A stretch of 64,000 nucleotides of DNA from Candidatus Thermofontivivens primus (GTDB lineage Bacteria > Sysuimicrobiota > Sysuimicrobiia > Sysuimicrobiales > Thermofontiviventaceae): positions 64,001-128,000 of the forward strand of contig JAVKJW010000002.1 of assembly GCA_031458695.1 (NCBI GenBank), given 5' to 3'. The notes beneath the pieces were generated by a model. It saw only the letters and a list, made by a program, of their open reading frames with translations, was not told the origin of the DNA and did not search any database. How positions within the stretch are numbered: position 1 is the first letter of the stretch; the number at the start of each line of letters is the position of its first letter. The translations under genes were made by a program, and so were the position numbers. Shown one piece after another: positions 59,740 through 64,000 of the stretch.

Positions 59740-60628
59740 AGAGTTTGGCCATTCTGCGCTTGCATCCACCGATCTGCCCCTTCCTCTCTATGCCAGGGGA
59801 AAGGTGCGGGATATCTACGACCTCGGGGAAGCGCTCTTGATGGTTGCCACCGATCGCATCTCCGCCTTCGATTGCATCCTGCCCACGCCGATTCCCGGGA
59901 AGGGTCAGGTCCTGACGAAGCTCTCCGCGTACTGGTTTGAGGCCACCCGCCCCATCGTGGAGAACCACTTGATCACCACCGACACGGACGCCTTCCCCTC
60001 CACCTTGCTTCCCCACCGTGACCTCCTTGCGGGCCGGGCGATGCTGGTGCGGAAGGCGAAGCCCATTGAGGTGGAGTGCGTTGTGCGGGGATACCTGGCG
60101 GGATCGGCCTGGAGAGAATACACCCAGACGAGGGAAGTGTGCGGGATCCCTCTCCCTGAAGGGCTTCGGGAGGGAGATCGCTTGCCCCAGCCAATTTTCA
60201 CCCCTGCGACGAAAGCGCGTCACGGGCACGATGAAAACATCACCTTTGTGCAAATGGCTGAGGTTGTCGGAGAAAAGCTCGCGCAGGAACTTCGAGAGCT
60301 GAGCCTCGCTTTGTATACCTTTGCCGAAGGTCGCCTCCGGGCCAAGGGCCTCATCCTCGCCGATACCAAGTTCGAGTTTGGAATCCTCGACGGAGAGGTC
60401 ATCTTGATCGACGAGCTCCTCACTCCCGATTCCTCCCGCATATGGGATGCCGAGGAGTACCGAGCTGGCCGTGCCCGGGTGGGGTTTGATAAACAGTATG
60501 TGCGCGACTACCTGGAATCCATTGGGTGGGACAAAAAACCCCCGGCTCCACCCCTCCCGCCCGAAGTGGTCGCTGCGACCCGCCGGCTTTATCTAGAGTG
60601 CTACCATCGGGTTGTTGGCTCCCGGTAG
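59726..60628 (+). CDS. purC: SAICAR synthetase
   Basis: GKVRDIY, DRISAFD, ECVVRGY, DTKFEFG, TPDSSR, DKQ. Confidence 0.97.
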   Translation: MLGIEEFGHSALASTDLPLPLYARGKVRDIYDLGEALLMVATDRISAFDCILPTPIPGKGQVLTKLSAYWFEATRPIVENHLITTDTDAFPSTLLPHRDLLAGRAMLVRKAKPIEVECVVRGYLAGSAWREYTQTREVCGIPLPEGLREGDRLPQPIFTPATKARHGHDENITFVQMAEVVGEKLAQELRELSLALYTFAEGRLRAKGLILADTKFEFGILDGEVILIDELLTPDSSRIWDAEEYRAGRARVGFDKQYVRDYLESIGWDKKPPAPPLPPEVVAATRRLYLECYHRVVGSR

Positions 60629-60635
60629 ACCAACG

Positions 60636-60869
60636 ATGGCGACGTTCCGGGTGATCATCACACTCAAGCCAGGGATCCTGGACGCGCAGGGGCAGGCGAT
60701 CCGAAGAGGGCTCCTGGCGCTGGGATTTGAAGGGATCCAGGAGGTTCGCACGGGCCGGTACTTGGAGATCGATGTCCCAGAGGGATGGGGGGAGGAGAAG
60801 ATTCGAGCGATGTGCGAGGGGTTGCTTGCCCACCCACTCGTAGAAGAGTACCGCCTCGAAGGGTGTTGA
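60636..60869 (+). CDS. purS: FGAM synthase subunit PurS
   Basis: LKPGILD.QG, VR.G, MCE.LLA.P..E.Y. Confidence 0.93.
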   Translation: MATFRVIITLKPGILDAQGQAIRRGLLALGFEGIQEVRTGRYLEIDVPEGWGEEKIRAMCEGLLAHPLVEEYRLEGC

Positions 60870-60881
60870 GGGAGGAGTGCC

Positions 60882-61580
60882 ATGCGATTTGGCGTCGTCA
60901 TTTTCCCCGGCTCGACATGCGACCAGGACTGTCTTTACGTCATCCGAAAGGTTCTTGGGGCTCCGGCAGTGCCAGTCTGGCACGCGTCCTCTAAGCTTCC
61001 CGAGGTGGACGTGGTCATCCTCCCAGGCGGATTTTCCTACGGGGACTACCTGCGTGCGGGGGCCATCGCAGCTACGAGTCCCGTGATGGGCGCCATTCGA
61101 CGCTTCGCCCAGGAGGGAGGTCTCGTTCTAGGGATCTGCAATGGCTTCCAGATCCTGGTCGAGGCAGGGCTATTACCCGGTGCTCTCCTCTCCAATCTCT
61201 CGACACGGTTCCTCTGCCGTACCGTCCACGTGCGTGTGGAAAATCCCCACACGCCCTTTACCAGGGCGTACCACCAGGGACAGGTTCTCCGGCTCCCCAT
61301 CGCTCATGCTGCCGGACGGTACTACGCGCCCTCTCCCCTCCTTACCGAGTTGGAGACCCGCGGGCAGGTCGTCTTCCGCTACTGTGATGAGGCCGGCCAG
61401 ACCACGCCAGAGGCGAACCCGAACGGGAGTGTCCATCACATCGCCGGAATCTGCAACGAACGCGGGAATGTCCTCGGGCTCATGCCGCACCCCGAGCGGT
61501 CCAGCGAGAGCGCGCTGGGTTCTGAAGACGGACTCCTCCTCTTCCACTCCCTCCTTCTGCAGGCCGAGGCCGTGAGATGA
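60882..61580 (+). CDS. purQ: FGAM synthase glutaminase subunit
   Basis: [35 protein letters not shown]. Confidence 0.97.
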   Translation: MRFGVVIFPGSTCDQDCLYVIRKVLGAPAVPVWHASSKLPEVDVVILPGGFSYGDYLRAGAIAATSPVMGAIRRFAQEGGLVLGICNGFQILVEAGLLPGALLSNLSTRFLCRTVHVRVENPHTPFTRAYHQGQVLRLPIAHAAGRYYAPSPLLTELETRGQVVFRYCDEAGQTTPEANPNGSVHHIAGICNERGNVLGLMPHPERSSESALGSEDGLLLFHSLLLQAEAVR

Positions 61581-63856
61581 GCGTCCGAGAACTCCCCACA
61601 GCTCAGGAGAGCCTCCGTGCTCCGTGGGAGCTCGCGGGGTTGACACCGGAAGAGTACGAAGAGATCTGCAGACGGCTGGGCAGGGAACCGAACCCCACGG
61701 AGCTGGCCATGTTTGGGGTGATGTGGTCGGAGCACTGCAGCTATAAGCACTCCCGGATTGTGCTGCAAGCACTTCCAACGTCCGGCCCACGCATTCTCCG
61801 GGGACCCGGGGAGAACGCAGGTGTGATCGACATTGGCGACGGGTGGGCTGTGGCCTTCAAAATGGAGAGCCATAACCACCCAAGTGCCGTGGACCCGTTC
61901 AACGGGGCAGCCACTGGTGTAGGGGGGATCATCCGGGATATCCTGGCAATGGGAGCAAGGCCTATCGCCTTGCTCGACTCCCTGCGGTTCGGCCCTCTGG
62001 AGGATCCACGGGCCAGGCGGATGCTCCGGGGAGTAGTCTGTGGGATCTCCACCTACGGCAACGACATCGGCGTCCCCACTGTGGGGGGAGAGGTAGAGAC
62101 AGGGCCCTGGTACACGAAGACCCCCCTCGTCAACGTCGCTTGCTTGGGCCTTCTGCGGGTTGAGTCCATTGCCACGAGCCGTGCTCAGGGCCCTGGGAAC
62201 CTGGTGATGGTGGTGGGCGCACGCACAGGGAGGGACGGGATCCACGGAGCCTCCTTTGCCTCCGCGGAACTCGACGAGGGGAGGGACGAGCGTTCATCTG
62301 TTCAGATCGGTGATCCTTTTACCGGCAAGCTCCTCATTGAGGCAACCCTTGAGGCCCTCGCCACAGGATCGGTGGTGGCCATTCAGGACATGGGCGCGGC
62401 GGGGTTGACCTGTGCTGCGAGCGAGATGGCCGCCCGTGGTGGTGTAGGGATGGTCCTCGATCTGGAGCACGTGCCCAGGCGGGAGACCGGAATGGAGCCT
62501 GTGGAGGTTCTCCTCTCCGAATCCCAGGAGCGCATGCTCATGGTCATCCGGAGAGGGGCGGAGGAGCGCATCAAGGAGATCTTCCGCCGGTGGGGCCTTG
62601 AGGCGGAAGTACTCGGGGAGGTGGTGAGAGAGAAAGTCCTGAGGGTTTCCGACGGTGGGACTCCTGTCGCCGAGCTCCCGCCTGAGGCCCTTGCGGAAGG
62701 GCCCCGCTACAAGCCCGAGGCACGGGAGCCTGCAGGTCTTCAGGATTTCTGGCCTTTGGATCTCTCGGAACTTCCGGAAGTCCCCCCAGGAGAAGCCCTG
62801 CTTACCTTGCTGGCCGACCCCGACATCGCCTCCAAGGAAGCGATCTACGAGCAGTATGACCACATGGTCCAGCTCCGCACGGTAATCCTCCCTGGTGCAG
62901 ATGCCGCCGTGCTCCGCCTCCCCGAGTGTCCATCCAAGGCCCTTGCTCTGGCTGTGGATGGGAAGGGACGGTATGGTGTCCTCGATCCCTACAGGGCAGC
63001 GGTCCTGGCTGTGAGCGAGGCTGCAGCGAACTTGGCCTGCTGCGGAGCCCAGCCTCTTGGCGTAACCGATTGTCTGAACTTCGCCAATCCCGAGGACCCT
63101 GAGGTCTTCTGGACATTTGTACGGTCCGTCGAGGGCCTTTCAGACGCCTGCAGGGCCCTGGACATCCCCATCATCGGGGGGAACGTAAGCTTCTACAACG
63201 AGTCCTCAGCCGGCCCTATCCCGCCCACGGTAGTCGTGGCAATGGTCGGCCTCCTTGAGGATGCCCACCGAATCCCTCGGATCCCCTCAGCGGGGTTCGT
63301 GCAGGAAGGCGACAGGATCCTCCTTGTAGGATCTGGAGCGGGCTCCCAGCCGCCCCTGACATTGGGGGGGAGTTGCTACCTCAAAGCCGTCCATGGTCAA
63401 GTAAGGGGGCGCCCGCCCGAGGTCGATTTGTCGATGCACCGGCGCCTCCTCCGCCTCATGATCGAGGCGGTACGGCGTGGCCTCGTGCGCTCAAGCCACG
63501 ATTGCTCTGACGGGGGCTTTGCTGTGGCCCTGGCGGAGTGCTGCATCCTGGGGCGACTCGGGGCGCATGTGCAGGTTGCGATTCCAGAAGGCAAAGGGCG
63601 GAGGGAGGAGATCCTGTTCGGCGAGGGAGGGTCCCGGATTCTCCTCTCCACCTCTCCAGAGGCGGTCCAATCCCTCCTCTCCCTTGCAGCGGAACACGAC
63701 GTCCCCGTACAGGTCCTTGGGGTCGTAGGGGGCGATCGCCTGGTGATTGGGTCCATGAACTCCGGTATCCCTGGCCAGCCTCTCCTCGATCTCCCAGTCC
63801 GGGACCTGGAGGAGGCCTGGAGGAACGGGTTCCGGCGATGGATGGAAGAAGCCTAG
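61577..63856 (+). CDS. purL: FGAM synthase large subunit
   Basis: [48 protein letters not shown]. Confidence 0.97.
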   Translation: MSVRELPTAQESLRAPWELAGLTPEEYEEICRRLGREPNPTELAMFGVMWSEHCSYKHSRIVLQALPTSGPRILRGPGENAGVIDIGDGWAVAFKMESHNHPSAVDPFNGAATGVGGIIRDILAMGARPIALLDSLRFGPLEDPRARRMLRGVVCGISTYGNDIGVPTVGGEVETGPWYTKTPLVNVACLGLLRVESIATSRAQGPGNLVMVVGARTGRDGIHGASFASAELDEGRDERSSVQIGDPFTGKLLIEATLEALATGSVVAIQDMGAAGLTCAASEMAARGGVGMVLDLEHVPRRETGMEPVEVLLSESQERMLMVIRRGAEERIKEIFRRWGLEAEVLGEVVREKVLRVSDGGTPVAELPPEALAEGPRYKPEAREPAGLQDFWPLDLSELPEVPPGEALLTLLADPDIASKEAIYEQYDHMVQLRTVILPGADAAVLRLPECPSKALALAVDGKGRYGVLDPYRAAVLAVSEAAANLACCGAQPLGVTDCLNFANPEDPEVFWTFVRSVEGLSDACRALDIPIIGGNVSFYNESSAGPIPPTVVVAMVGLLEDAHRIPRIPSAGFVQEGDRILLVGSGAGSQPPLTLGGSCYLKAVHGQVRGRPPEVDLSMHRRLLRLMIEAVRRGLVRSSHDCSDGGFAVALAECCILGRLGAHVQVAIPEGKGRREEILFGEGGSRILLSTSPEAVQSLLSLAAEHDVPVQVLGVVGGDRLVIGSMNSGIPGQPLLDLPVRDLEEAWRNGFRRWMEEA

Positions 63857-63867
63857 AGCGCTGAAGA

Positions 63868-64000
63868 ATGATGGGCGATACGCTCAAAGAGGAATGCGGT
63901 GTGGTAGGAGTCTACTGCCAAAGCGGCAAGGCTGCGTCCCTTGCCCTTCTCGCCCTCCACGCCCTCCAACACCGAGGGCAGGAGAGCGCGGGCATCGCTA
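63868..64000 (+). CDS. purF: Amidophosphoribosyltransferase, N-terminal part (runs off the window edge)
   Basis: Manual translation [14 protein letters not shown]...[15 protein letters not shown]. Confidence 0.93.
   Translation, partial: MMGDTLKEECGVVGVYCQSGKAASLALLALHALQHRGQESAGIA

Overview
GC-rich, gene-dense bacterial chromosome segment. The gene order (cdaA-cdaR-glmM-glmS ribozyme-glmS, tsaE-tsaB-rimI-tsaD-CIRCE-groESL-pur) is Terrabacteria-like; an Armatimonadota or Chloroflexota-type host is my guess only. It is mostly housekeeping: rplM/rpsI, apt, glmM/glmS, nnr, alr, pheA, amtB-glnA, t6A genes, groESL and a pur operon. I saw no tRNA, rRNA, CRISPR array, transposase or integrase. Best candidates for new biology: (1) a minus-strand operon of GntR, two uncharacterised Cys-rich Fe-S-type proteins, a TctCBA transporter and an enolase-superfamily enzyme with non-canonical catalytic residues (31938-38483); (2) inverted arrays of 7-9 nt repeats inserted in housekeeping operons, including inside P1 of the glmS ribozyme and apparently forming the linker of a PurD-PurE fusion; (3) an amtB-microprotein-glnA-ANTAR operon with a double-terminator leader and an unannotated 37-aa membrane peptide where glnK would usually sit; (4) an arginine-synthetase-like P-loop enzyme coupled to argF ahead of cdaA; (5) Bacillus-type PurBoxes at purD and apt. 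All calls come from reading motifs by eye; no searches were run.
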